A stretch of 64,000 bases of DNA, taken from Bdellovibrionota bacterium. Lineage in GTDB: Bacteria > Bdellovibrionota_C > UBA2361 > CALJRW01. Made by a program: the position numbers and the translations under genes. Positions 29,947-39,612 of the stretch are shown here, piece after piece (position 1 is the first letter of the stretch; every line of letters starts with the position of its first letter). Under the pieces are notes generated by a model. It made no database searches. It was not told the origin of the DNA and saw only the letters and a list, made by a program, of their open reading frames with translations. Location: positions 23,912-87,911 of the forward strand of contig JBGSMD010000048.1 in NCBI GenBank assembly GCA_041740355.1, written 5' to 3'.

Positions 29947-30812
29947 CTTAAGCTTTCTGGAACAAGCCAATCTATTCTATAATTTGCGGCGGCAATATCA
30001 CCTAAATTGTTTGCTAGCCATGGAAGTGCTGAATTAATTTGGGAGTCAATTTGCCAAGGACAGTTAATAATAATCAACCCAGTTCCCGCGATCCCTAAGC
30101 CGTAGCGTTCTGCTCTAAAATTAATTTCCACCAAAAGAGTTTTTGGGATTTGTAGATCCTTAATCTGTCGGAGTAAGGTGATTTCATTCCCTCGTTCCAC
30201 AACTGGATACCAGATTAAATATATTCCATGAGCAAATCGTTTCAGGCATTCGACTAGTAAAGTTGTAACATTTAGATAATCACTCCTTAATTCGTAGGGG
30301 GGATCAATTAAGATCACACCACGGGCGGCACGCGGAGGTAAGTGTGATTTGAAATCTTTAAAACTATCTTCTGGGAAAGTTTTAATTCGTTTATCTCGCG
30401 CTTTCCAATCACGCAGTTTTTGATACTCAATGGGATGTAATTCTAATAGAGTCGCCCTATCCTGTTCGCGCATCAGATGCTGAGCCCAATAAGGAGAACC
30501 AGGGTAAAGCTTAGTATCTTTTGCTTGAGTTTGAATTAAATCGAGAGTCTTTAGCCAAAGCGTGATTTCTGATGGTAACCCTGTTGAGCTTTGCTCGGCC
30601 AGCTGTAAAAGTTTTTTTATACCTGAATCAGCTTCTCCAGTTTTTAAACTTTCGCTGCTTTCTAAGCTATAAGCACCTGCTCCCGCATGGGTGTCATAGA
30701 AATGAAAAGGCGTATCCTTTTTTTTTAGAGACTGAAGTACTAAAAATAGGATGAAATGTTTAAGGACATCAGCCGCATTTCCAGCATGATAGCCATGTTG
30801 ATAACTTAACAT
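29943..30812 (-). CDS. rlmJ: 23S rRNA m6A2030 methyltransferase
   Basis: MLSYQHGYHAGNAADVLKH, DTHAGAG, YPGSP, LIDPPYE, IWYP. Confidence 0.95.
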   Translation of the reverse strand: MLSYQHGYHAGNAADVLKHFILFLVLQSLKKKDTPFHFYDTHAGAGAYSLESSESLKTGEADSGIKKLLQLAEQSSTGLPSEITLWLKTLDLIQTQAKDTKLYPGSPYWAQHLMREQDRATLLELHPIEYQKLRDWKARDKRIKTFPEDSFKDFKSHLPPRAARGVILIDPPYELRSDYLNVTTLLVECLKRFAHGIYLIWYPVVERGNEITLLRQIKDLQIPKTLLVEINFRAERYGLGIAGTGLIIINCPWQIDSQINSALPWLANNLGDIAAANYRIDWLVPESLS

Positions 30813-31061
30813 CGGTATTCTGGTCTCTCTCGAGGTGAGTTTTAAATAGTTCTGAAATGTAGCTCATATCTAAAAGACTGGACTACTGTGTTATTTGTTT
30901 TAATCCAAAACACTAAGTTTTTCAATGGCTTATAAGTAAGATAATTAGCACTTAAAGACTTAAGATTAACTTATTTAAATTCGATAATAAAAACGAACTA
31001 ATTTATAGAGTGCCTGTCTAAAGTTGAATAAGTAACATATTTTAATTTTTATATTCTTTAT

Positions 31062-31595
31062 ATGCGACAAACAAAATCATTAAAAATAATTGATCAAATT
31101 ACAATTAAGGAACCATGTCACGAGTCTTGGGATAAAATGAAAGGAAATCAGTCTGCCCGACATTGCGACAGTTGTGTTCATACCGTCATAAACCTATCAG
31201 CTCTAACAAAGAAGCAAGCAGAAACGATATTAAAGAATCGAGGGAATAAGAGGCTTTGTGTACGCTATGAGATTAGTATTAGTGGATTAATTAAGTTTAA
31301 AAAAAGTTTCTGGGAGGAATTAAGGCAGATCTGCTCAGTCTTCCTTGCTATAGTTTGTACATTTTTAGGACTTAGCACTATGGCAATAGCGGAGGATCAG
31401 GTCAAAGCACCAGAGATAACACAAGTTCCAAGTGAATCAGTTAAAATGGGAGAGATGCCTATGAATAGTCCTAGCCCTAGTCCAATACCTAACAAGGAGT
31501 TAATGGGAGATGTGGCCATTCGACCAGTGCAGGCAGATGTTAAAATATCGCACGACGCCGTAATTAAAATGGGTAAAGTAGCTGCATCAGATTAA
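31062..31595 (+). CDS. Hypothetical membrane protein with an N-terminal Cys-rich domain
   Basis: PCHESWDKM...RHCDSC...LCVR, one TM helix, and C-terminal xMG[EDK] mini-repeats. Confidence 0.75.
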   Translation: MRQTKSLKIIDQITIKEPCHESWDKMKGNQSARHCDSCVHTVINLSALTKKQAETILKNRGNKRLCVRYEISISGLIKFKKSFWEELRQICSVFLAIVCTFLGLSTMAIAEDQVKAPEITQVPSESVKMGEMPMNSPSPSPIPNKELMGDVAIRPVQADVKISHDAVIKMGKVAASD

Positions 31596-31889
31596 CTACT
31601 TCAGTTAATAGGAGTATTCCAGCATAAAGAGAATAATTAATTTCGCTTAGATATTATAATTCTCAAAAACTAAAAATGCATTTTGCAATTTCCCCGGCCC
31701 TTCCGCACTTCCTAAAAAACCAAGCCTGTAAATATAATTTCCTTCAGGGAATTAAGTTTTGGAACGCACTATCTTTATTTTTATAATAATGAGGTCTTCG
31801 ATTAGGAAAGGAACTCTTTATTTATGAACGTACTAATCAATATCTAAAAGGAGAACTTAAGCTTTTAAATCGTGATAGGGTAGCTAAAA

Positions 31890-32987
31890 CTAATCTATAT
31901 TTTGAAAGCCATGTTCAGTAACTTCTTTGAAAATCATTGGTCGCTCTGTTGAACCATCAGGCATAATTTTAAATTTACCAGAAGCACCCTCGCGCCAAGC
32001 TTCATTGCGAATCTTGGTGTTAAGACATCTTTCTAAATCCATCGCTTTTTCCGACTGACATATACTAGCTTCAGTTAATAACATTGAAAAACCATCATAG
32101 GAAAAAACAAAATCATCAGCGACATCTTCCCCAAGGAGTTTTTTTATTTTTGTTTGAATTTCAGTAAAGCGTTGTTGATTTACCGGAAACTTTTGTTGAA
32201 TGCTCCCCAAGAATGCTTTCCGACCTTTGAGATCGTAAGTTTGTAGCATACTGGATTGAATAATAATGGAACCTTGATACCCAAAGCTCCGAAGTTGTCT
32301 AATGAAAAATACTGCAGTCGGTTCAGATGTCATGACAAAAACAACTTCTGGTTTAGTTCGAAGTAAAGCTTGAACCTCGGTAGCATTTGGTACGGCGTTG
32401 GTGCTTAGTTCGACCGATTTAAAATCAAAATCAAGGGGCTCCTTGTCAATTGCATTTTTAATTGCTGCGGCAAATTGCACTCCAAAGTATCCATCCCAGA
32501 CTAAGGCTACACCTTTCTTCCATTTATTCTTTGCGACTAATTTACTAATAGCTAATCCTTCGTAATCTAGTAATGATAACCATGATAAGGCGTTGGGATT
32601 TTTTGCTTGAAAATCTGCGGAAGATCTTCCTGAAATGAAAAAAGGGATATTATCCTTTTTTGCTAACGGAGCTATTGCTTGAGCACCTTCTAAGCAAGAG
32701 GCTACAAGCATTTGTACCTTTTCCACATAAACTAAATATTGATAGGCACTTAAAGCTTTAGCTGGCGAACAGGTTTCTTCATCTTGGAAAAATAATTCAG
32801 CAGGGGTTTTCGATTCAAGATTTGCAATTTCGATAGCGGTACGGACACTTTTGCCCCAGACGGCCACTCCTCCAGTAAGTGGTGCAATTACACCTACTTT
32901 AAATTTTTCGTTTGTAGGTGTGAGGTCAATTGCCAGAAGTATTGTCGGGAAGATTAAAAAATAAAGACTGCAAAGAATTTTTGTCAT
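31890..32987 (-). CDS. LivJ-like (type I periplasmic) ABC substrate-binding protein, orphan
   Basis: Signal peptide, KVGVIAPLTGGVAVWG, C-terminal GASGKF. Confidence 0.85.
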   Translation of the reverse strand: MTKILCSLYFLIFPTILLAIDLTPTNEKFKVGVIAPLTGGVAVWGKSVRTAIEIANLESKTPAELFFQDEETCSPAKALSAYQYLVYVEKVQMLVASCLEGAQAIAPLAKKDNIPFFISGRSSADFQAKNPNALSWLSLLDYEGLAISKLVAKNKWKKGVALVWDGYFGVQFAAAIKNAIDKEPLDFDFKSVELSTNAVPNATEVQALLRTKPEVVFVMTSEPTAVFFIRQLRSFGYQGSIIIQSSMLQTYDLKGRKAFLGSIQQKFPVNQQRFTEIQTKIKKLLGEDVADDFVFSYDGFSMLLTEASICQSEKAMDLERCLNTKIRNEAWREGASGKFKIMPDGSTERPMIFKEVTEHGFQNID

Positions 32988-33206
32988 AGTGGCGGGGATT
33001 GAGAAAATATAAAATTATACTAGGCAATTATCAAAATGACCATTTAAAACTCATCGACTCGTATCGATAGAATTTAAAAACAAGCCTTAGTAAGTAGTTT
33101 GCCAAGAATCTACAAAAATTAACAATGTTATGCCTGTTAAATCTTGATTTGTAATAATTTTGTAACAATATTGGTTGCCTAGAAGCATAGAGAATGATTC
33201 CTAAGA

Positions 33207-33878
33207 TTGGTCAGTGAGATGTTAAATACAACTAGAAAATTGCCCGTATTAGCTCATATTGCTCCCTCCCAAGCTATAACTCTTGTTGATCGAATAGCTG
33301 AATTAAGTCCTGCGAGTCAACTTCGAAGTCTTTACGAATCATCGGTTATTCGTAAAGGCCATGCTCAGGGAGAGTCAGTTTTTGATGCACTAGTTCAGTA
33401 TAAAGACTGGATTAGCAAAGATCCCAGTGTAGCAACTCGGTGCTCTAATCGACAGCTACTAACTAGAACAACACTGGTCGAAAACATGTCGAAAGTATTG
33501 TTTGCAAAGTTTTCAATTATGGAAGGAGTCACGTTTTTTGGCAGTGCGGTTCGTGGAAAAGAACGGCCAGGTAATCTAAATTTAATGATTCTAACTTCTC
33601 CCCAGGATTTGGACTTTAAGCATAACAGATATTCTCCCGAAGAGATTGCTAAAACTGAGGTTACTAAAATAGAAGATTTTATCAAAACCAATTTCCCAAG
33701 TATTGCAGGTATTAAGGTTAATTTCTTCGTAAACTATACCAATCAAGATCCCTACCTTTCCAATAGTATTTGCGAGACTGGACCTTATCTTGTTTTTGTT
33801 AAAGGCAGAAGTTCAAGAGAGATTTATCACTTTGCCAATACTAGTTGTGTTGATTATTTAAAGAATCGAGATGCTTAA
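33207..33878 (+). CDS. Hypothetical protein with a degenerate Pol-beta-like nucleotidyltransferase motif
   Basis: VTFFGSAVRGKERPGNLNLMI: GS motif retained, DxD replaced by NxN. Confidence 0.6.
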   Translation: MVSEMLNTTRKLPVLAHIAPSQAITLVDRIAELSPASQLRSLYESSVIRKGHAQGESVFDALVQYKDWISKDPSVATRCSNRQLLTRTTLVENMSKVLFAKFSIMEGVTFFGSAVRGKERPGNLNLMILTSPQDLDFKHNRYSPEEIAKTEVTKIEDFIKTNFPSIAGIKVNFFVNYTNQDPYLSNSICETGPYLVFVKGRSSREIYHFANTSCVDYLKNRDA

Positions 33879-34016
33879 ATGCTTAACAAAACTTTAGAAC
33901 ATCAGATTATTAGTATTTAATGATCCGAAATGAAGATTTATATTGAAGGAAATTATATTCATTTTTTAAAGCATACAAGAATATGAATAATTTTTTTTGG
34001 AAGTTTAAGTCTCTGC

Positions 34017-36347
34017 TCAAATATTTGGGCCCTCTGAAAGAGATCCAAAATCAATTGATTTCTTAAGAAGCCAATCTGCTTTTTCTAGATCTCGGGGAAC
34101 TCCTTTGCCTTCTCGGTAAAGCTCTGAAAGACGATGATAGGCACTAGGGTGATTACCTAAAATTGCCTTGTTGTAATAGTGCAGAGCTTTAGGGTAATTA
34201 TTTTTTAGTCTCGGACTTTCATAGAAAACTCCTAATAAATAATACGAGTCGATATGTCCTTGAGAGGCCGATTTTTTTAGGTAATCAAGCGGAACTTCTA
34301 GACTATCCTCTTTACCTAATTTAGAAATTAAATAATTGGCATAGTGAAACAGAGCTCCTGGATGCTCAGATTCAGCCAAATATTTTAAGATTCGCAGTCC
34401 CTCTGATTGTGTAGGTTGATCAATCGATTTAATTAGCAGAAGTGCATAGTTTAATGAGGCATTTGGGTTGCCAGCTTGATAACCTTTTTGGTAATAACCA
34501 TAGCTTTTGATTGGATCTTTTATACCATATTGAGTGGTTTGATAGATATCACCTAAAATAGAGTAAGCTTCAATAACATTTTTATTTCTGGCAATCTCAA
34601 GCAGCTTCAAAGCTTCTGGAATATCCTGTTTAACTCCAAAGCCATTTAGATAAATTAAGGCTAACATTAAATTGGCATTAGGATTGTTAAGTGCTTTTGC
34701 TTGTTTTAGTTCCGCCAATGCTTTTTGATAATTTTGAGGATAGATTTCACCTTTTAAATGCTCCACCCCACTATGTACTAGTGCGGCAGAGAGATTCGCG
34801 GCTCTAGCTTGATCTAGATGTTTAGCAGCACTAACTTCATCTTTTGTCTGGCCTAAGCCATAAAGATAAATTTGAAAGAGATCAAAATCAGCTAAAGGAT
34901 TAGAGTTGGAAGCAGATTTTTGTAACCAAAAAAATGCTTTATTATAGTCGCGGACTAGTTCTTTTCCTTCTAGATACCGATGTCCTATTTGATATTGAAT
35001 GTTGCTATCAGTATTAATTTTTTGAGGATTTAAAGACTGCATAAAAAACTTACCTTCGGCAGTTTGATCTTCCATAATACTAGCAAAATAAAACTCTCCA
35101 GTAGAATCAAAAATCTTACGATAAATTCCATCTAAATTTACCCCAAGTGGTAAAAGATAGTCCGTATTAGAATTGGAAATTATAATTGCTTGTTCCCCGA
35201 GCTTAAAAAAAATCTTAGCAGTTTCTATTTGCTTTGGATTGCTAACTTTGGCATGTCTTTTGATAAAAAGCCCTAATCCCTTTTCTAGACTTGCTTCACC
35301 ACTAATTTCTGAGGCACTGACGTATCTAGCATTTCTTAAGATACTTAGTGTTAACCTAAAAGATGTTGCTTTCGCGGAATCAATAAATAGCGTGCCGCCA
35401 GATCCATCACTATAGACCCCCACTAGGGCTGAACTTAGTAAGGAAGTATTTTTTAACTTTGTTAAAAGTATATTTCTTTCGTTAATCTTATCAAATGAAT
35501 TTTTCAAGACTAAATCATTGGAGTAACTTTCCCTTAGAAACTTTCCATCAAGTCCTAAATGCTCTTCCCAGTATTTATGATCCTTTTGAAAAGTTATTTT
35601 TTCACGTCCCGTGATCTTTTGTAAGTAAGACTGATAGTTGTTATTAAGACGAGTAGTTTTTTCAGCAATTTGAGTAGTTAGTAATTGTTTCTCTGCAGGA
35701 GTGTATTTTTTGGGTAGAAATTGCTGATCAAAGAAATAAAAGTCGTTAATGTTTTGGTTTGCAGAATTAAAGTGGGTAAGTCTTTCGATCTGAGCCTTTT
35801 GCTGTATAGAATCAATTGGCTTAGACTTTGTGCCAATCCCTTCATATTCGAGAAACTCTTCATTTTTTGTTACACTATTTGCTAATTTTGGAAGATTAAG
35901 TTTTGGTTCTAAATTACTTGTAGGATCTACAGGTAGTTCTAAGTATTTATTATCTTCGGAAATTTTTAAGGAATTAGGCGGAGCTGTTTTGGCAGCAGCA
36001 TCGCTAATTGTTAAACCTAAGTCTTCGAGATTTGGAATATTAATATTACCTGATATCTCATTTGGTAAATTATTTTCATTTTTATTTATCGCCACTTCTC
36101 CTACATCTTCCCCTATGTTTAAATCTAAGTTAGGTTTAGCAGATATATTAGGAGCAGATTCCTTTGAAAAATCAGAAAAATTAAAACTAATTTTTGGTAA
36201 GCTTAGCTTGCTAGTAATTTTGCTAGAACTTACACCAATACTTTTTTCTAATTCTGAGCCAGAGAATAAAAGAGCAAGGATCAACGTCGTTAGGCAGCCT
36301 AATAAAAAAGGAATCGAAAGCTTATTGTTTAAAGTTCTCCAGTTCAT
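34017..36347 (-). CDS. Membrane-anchored Sel1-repeat protein
   Basis: N-terminal TM. C-terminal repeats such as QYQIGHRYLEG..DYNKAFFW, LALIYLNGFGVKQD and LYREGKGVPRD. Confidence 0.88.
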   Translation of the reverse strand: MNWRTLNNKLSIPFLLGCLTTLILALLFSGSELEKSIGVSSSKITSKLSLPKISFNFSDFSKESAPNISAKPNLDLNIGEDVGEVAINKNENNLPNEISGNINIPNLEDLGLTISDAAAKTAPPNSLKISEDNKYLELPVDPTSNLEPKLNLPKLANSVTKNEEFLEYEGIGTKSKPIDSIQQKAQIERLTHFNSANQNINDFYFFDQQFLPKKYTPAEKQLLTTQIAEKTTRLNNNYQSYLQKITGREKITFQKDHKYWEEHLGLDGKFLRESYSNDLVLKNSFDKINERNILLTKLKNTSLLSSALVGVYSDGSGGTLFIDSAKATSFRLTLSILRNARYVSASEISGEASLEKGLGLFIKRHAKVSNPKQIETAKIFFKLGEQAIIISNSNTDYLLPLGVNLDGIYRKIFDSTGEFYFASIMEDQTAEGKFFMQSLNPQKINTDSNIQYQIGHRYLEGKELVRDYNKAFFWLQKSASNSNPLADFDLFQIYLYGLGQTKDEVSAAKHLDQARAANLSAALVHSGVEHLKGEIYPQNYQKALAELKQAKALNNPNANLMLALIYLNGFGVKQDIPEALKLLEIARNKNVIEAYSILGDIYQTTQYGIKDPIKSYGYYQKGYQAGNPNASLNYALLLIKSIDQPTQSEGLRILKYLAESEHPGALFHYANYLISKLGKEDSLEVPLDYLKKSASQGHIDSYYLLGVFYESPRLKNNYPKALHYYNKAILGNHPSAYHRLSELYREGKGVPRDLEKADWLLKKSIDFGSLSEGPNI

Positions 36348-37525
36348 TAAACAGTTTTCTTAACCTCTGCTTTGTTAACCTCTGCTTTGTTAACCTCTGT
36401 TTGTTCCCAATTTTGAAGTTGTGATTTAGCAACCTTTAACTGCGATTCATAAATCTGGTTAAGAATTTCTCGATTCAGTTTTAATTCCTGATCGGTTCTT
36501 TCTTGATTTTTAATTTTAGTAATTTCAATTTCATAATCAGCTTCAATTTTAGCCTTGGCCTCTAAAACGCGAGCAGCTTCTTTCTGTTGATTTTTGTAGC
36601 TATATAACCAATCTTCATAAGCACCAGATTCTGACATCATTTTAAAAAGCACTGGAGAAACTTCAATAAAAATAAATAGAATTGTAACTAACCATTTAAT
36701 CCAAAAAGCTACCTGATCTCTCTCGGTTATTCGATGCAGGGCTTGAATCTTAGATAAAAGCTTGTCAGCTTTGCCATAAGTTTCATCTAGTGTCTGCTTT
36801 GTTTGTTCTTTATTATTGCTAATAGCTAGGATTTTATTACGTTTATCTTCAATCTCGAACTCACGCTCTTTCTTAAATGTTTCAAATTCCGATCTAAATT
36901 GATTAAATCTTTCTAATTTGTCTTGGTAGCGATACCCAATACCTACTTTTCCACTCCCGCCGCTACCATCCCCCTCTTTAATATAATCATCTCGGTAAGT
37001 ATTGTATAACTTTCTTTGCTCAGCAATTTCTAAATTTAAATTTTCAATGTCATTTTTTAATTCACCGATTTTCTGATCATTAACATTTAACTTCTCAGTA
37101 TTCTTTTCTAAGTTTCGACTTTTCTCCTCACTAATTTCGATTTCAATTTCGCTTTGAAAAATACGAAGCTCTAGAGGTGTAGAAATAATGAATCCCAGTA
37201 GAATCGCCATCATTAAACGAGGGAAAGCAGTGATCGCTTCAGAAAAAGTAATCTTGGGAGTTCCATCTCCTCTGCCGGTTGTACTAACGATGTATCGATC
37301 TAAGTTGAAAATTACTAGACCCCAAAACATACCAAATAAAATTGCTTTTTGATCATCTTCAAATACCGTATGAAATGCATAACCTCCGGCACCAAAAGCC
37401 ATTAATGATGTAAGGAAGATAGTCAGGCCCATTCCAAAATACTTGGCATGATCGCTTGGATAGCGCTTTAAGATTTCTATATTTGCTCCAGCACACCACC
37501 ACATAAAATGATTGATTAGGTACAT
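36347..37525 (-). CDS. DUF4407-like membrane and coiled-coil protein
   Basis: WWCAGA...KY.G.G, WGLVIFNLDRYIVS, ISTPLELRIF, G.GGSG..G.G, IEVSPVLFKM. Confidence 0.85.
   Translation of the reverse strand: MYLINHFMWWCAGANIEILKRYPSDHAKYFGMGLTIFLTSLMAFGAGGYAFHTVFEDDQKAILFGMFWGLVIFNLDRYIVSTTGRGDGTPKITFSEAITAFPRLMMAILLGFIISTPLELRIFQSEIEIEISEEKSRNLEKNTEKLNVNDQKIGELKNDIENLNLEIAEQRKLYNTYRDDYIKEGDGSGGSGKVGIGYRYQDKLERFNQFRSEFETFKKEREFEIEDKRNKILAISNNKEQTKQTLDETYGKADKLLSKIQALHRITERDQVAFWIKWLVTILFIFIEVSPVLFKMMSESGAYEDWLYSYKNQQKEAARVLEAKAKIEADYEIEITKIKNQERTDQELKLNREILNQIYESQLKVAKSQLQNWEQTEVNKAEVNKAEVKKTV
36360..36403. repeat. 15-bp tandem repeat (about 3 copies) encoding AEVNK units
   Basis: TTAACCTCTGCTTTG x2 plus one degenerate copy. 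Confidence 0.85.
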
Positions 37526-38682
37526 TATTTTATTCCTCTAACGTTGTTTAAAATTTTTGTTGGATTAAGATCGACATCAACTTGACTGAAAAGTTGAGAA
37601 GTCTGAGTATTTAAATCTAATTTACTAATACTTGGAGGTAGAATCTTTAATTGCTGAGTGTGAATTGAATGTTCTAGCGTTGTCGGAGTATAAGCCAAAT
37701 TAAAGGCTGGTAGGTTTGTATAATTTGGTTTGGCAAGTTGGCTTGCTATCGGATAAGTTTTTGGCTCAGTCATAATTGGAGCAGTAATATGTACATTTAC
37801 AAATTGATTTTGCTTAATATCGGAATACTTAATCACAAGGTTTTTTTGAAAAATGCCCTGTTTGCTTTTAATTGTAAGCGTGTAGTTTGTATCAGCTGTT
37901 AATTGGACGGTTTGTTGGCCATTAGCTGGGACATTTCCAACACCACTTAGAGTATTCTCTGAGTCAAGTGGGCACTGCCAATAAAGCACTGCCTGGTTAT
38001 CATTACAAAAAACTATTTGTCGATCAGCAAAAAATGAGATTGTCTCATTCGGTACAACACTGATTGGAATTACTCGAGTAAAGCAAAATTCATTTGGAGA
38101 ATAGACGCGTAGTTTAAGTAATTGCTTATAGTTTACTTTAACTTTTCCAGTACCATTAAGTTCAGCTGGTTGATTATTAACCCATAAATAAACTTTTACT
38201 TTTGTGGGCAAGTCTTGTACTTGCCAGAAATAGTCAACTTCTGTTCCAGCAAAGACTTCAGAATTGGAGGTATAGAAACTTATTAGAGGGAATTTATAAA
38301 AATATTCCTTGGAAATTAATTCACTATTGCCCCTGATCAGATAAAATTGATCAGCCAGCAATTTAATTTTTTCTTGGTTTAACTCTGAGTAATTTATCGA
38401 TAAATCATAAGTTTGCTGAAAATCGATAATTGCAAAGCTTGTAATTGATTTTGATATTAGATTCAAATCATTAAGATAATATACAAGGCTTCCTAATTTG
38501 ATAATCGATTCCAGCAGCTTAATTTTGCGATCATTCGTGATTACTTCCCGGAAAATAATTTGAAGATCAAGCTGATAATGCTCACGATGAATTAATAGTT
38601 TCTGAAGCAATTCTATGGAAGGTTCTTTTGACAAGTATAAGTATAATGAGTGCTTTGATTTTAGAATTTCATCAATCAGCAT
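37525..38682 (-). CDS. Hypothetical protein: degenerate PLD-like N-terminal domain plus two Ig-like domains
   Basis: SFAIID...LSINYS lies where the PLD HxKxxxxD...GSxN motif would be. Later W.V...V and YTLT beta-sandwich patterns. Confidence 0.65.
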   Translation of the reverse strand: MLIDEILKSKHSLYLYLSKEPSIELLQKLLIHREHYQLDLQIIFREVITNDRKIKLLESIIKLGSLVYYLNDLNLISKSITSFAIIDFQQTYDLSINYSELNQEKIKLLADQFYLIRGNSELISKEYFYKFPLISFYTSNSEVFAGTEVDYFWQVQDLPTKVKVYLWVNNQPAELNGTGKVKVNYKQLLKLRVYSPNEFCFTRVIPISVVPNETISFFADRQIVFCNDNQAVLYWQCPLDSENTLSGVGNVPANGQQTVQLTADTNYTLTIKSKQGIFQKNLVIKYSDIKQNQFVNVHITAPIMTEPKTYPIASQLAKPNYTNLPAFNLAYTPTTLEHSIHTQQLKILPPSISKLDLNTQTSQLFSQVDVDLNPTKILNNVRGIK

Positions 38683-38683
38683 T

Positions 38684-39409
38684 TTATCTCCTTAAGTGTT
38701 TAAAGATAAAAGCGCTTGTTACGGTGGCAATCATTAAATAAATAATTGCCGTGATAATTTCATTGCTAAATAATAAATATAGGCCAAGTATGAAGAGACT
38801 CATGAGTGATAGTCCCAGAAAATAGTGACAAATAATTTTCCAAATACCAAAGCTATTAGTTTTTATTTCACGGGGTACCCGAGAATAAGGCTGTTCCCGT
38901 TCCTTTCTAGCAATTGACTCTAAATAATATTCTAAAATTTTATTAGTTCTAGTTGTAAGGCTTGTTAATCTTTGATTGTTTTCTGTTTGACCTAGACTTA
39001 GTAGCACATCTTCAAGGGATGCATAGGCCAGGTCAGTTTTTCTTTGATAATCTTCTAAAACTGAAAAATGACTAGTTTTTTCAAGTTGTAAATTGGGAGT
39101 TAAGATGTTTTTATTAAGTTGGCTCAAAAAAACATGATCTTCTACAACTACTTCCGGATATAAATAAATTTGAAAAAGTTTATTAATATCTTCTATAAAA
39201 TATTCACAGGAAAAGATTTGAGATTTAGGTTGATTAGTATCCAGATTGATTTGATGGTGAGCACGTTTAATAATTTGTTGATTAACCTTGTCATATAAAA
39301 TCCAGGCTATCTCAGGACAAAGCTTGGATTTGTTTACTTGCTGCGCTGTGAGATCCGGCGTGAAATCAAGCACTAAGGCAAATGGATTAGAGTATTCGGC
39401 CATCGACAA
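38684..39409 (-). CDS. Hypothetical protein: degenerate DEDDh exonuclease-like domain plus 2 C-terminal TM helices
   Basis: ALVLDFT...EIAWILYD resembles the Exo I region; hydrophobic C-terminus. Confidence 0.6.
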   Translation of the reverse strand: MSMAEYSNPFALVLDFTPDLTAQQVNKSKLCPEIAWILYDKVNQQIIKRAHHQINLDTNQPKSQIFSCEYFIEDINKLFQIYLYPEVVVEDHVFLSQLNKNILTPNLQLEKTSHFSVLEDYQRKTDLAYASLEDVLLSLGQTENNQRLTSLTTRTNKILEYYLESIARKEREQPYSRVPREIKTNSFGIWKIICHYFLGLSLMSLFILGLYLLFSNEIITAIIYLMIATVTSAFIFKHLRR

Positions 39410-39612
39410 AATATGGTAGTTTTACAAGTAAAAGTAATAAGTTAACTGATTTAAGATTACAACATAATTCTGATGCACAGAGACCTTAATAATTGGCAAA
39501 TAATTAGTGTGCTATAGTTAGAATGTCTTGATTGCAAAGTTATTTAATAACCTTGTTTTATTCTAAAGTTAAAAGCTTTAGTTATTTTAACTTTATAAGA
39601 TTGGTATTAGCC

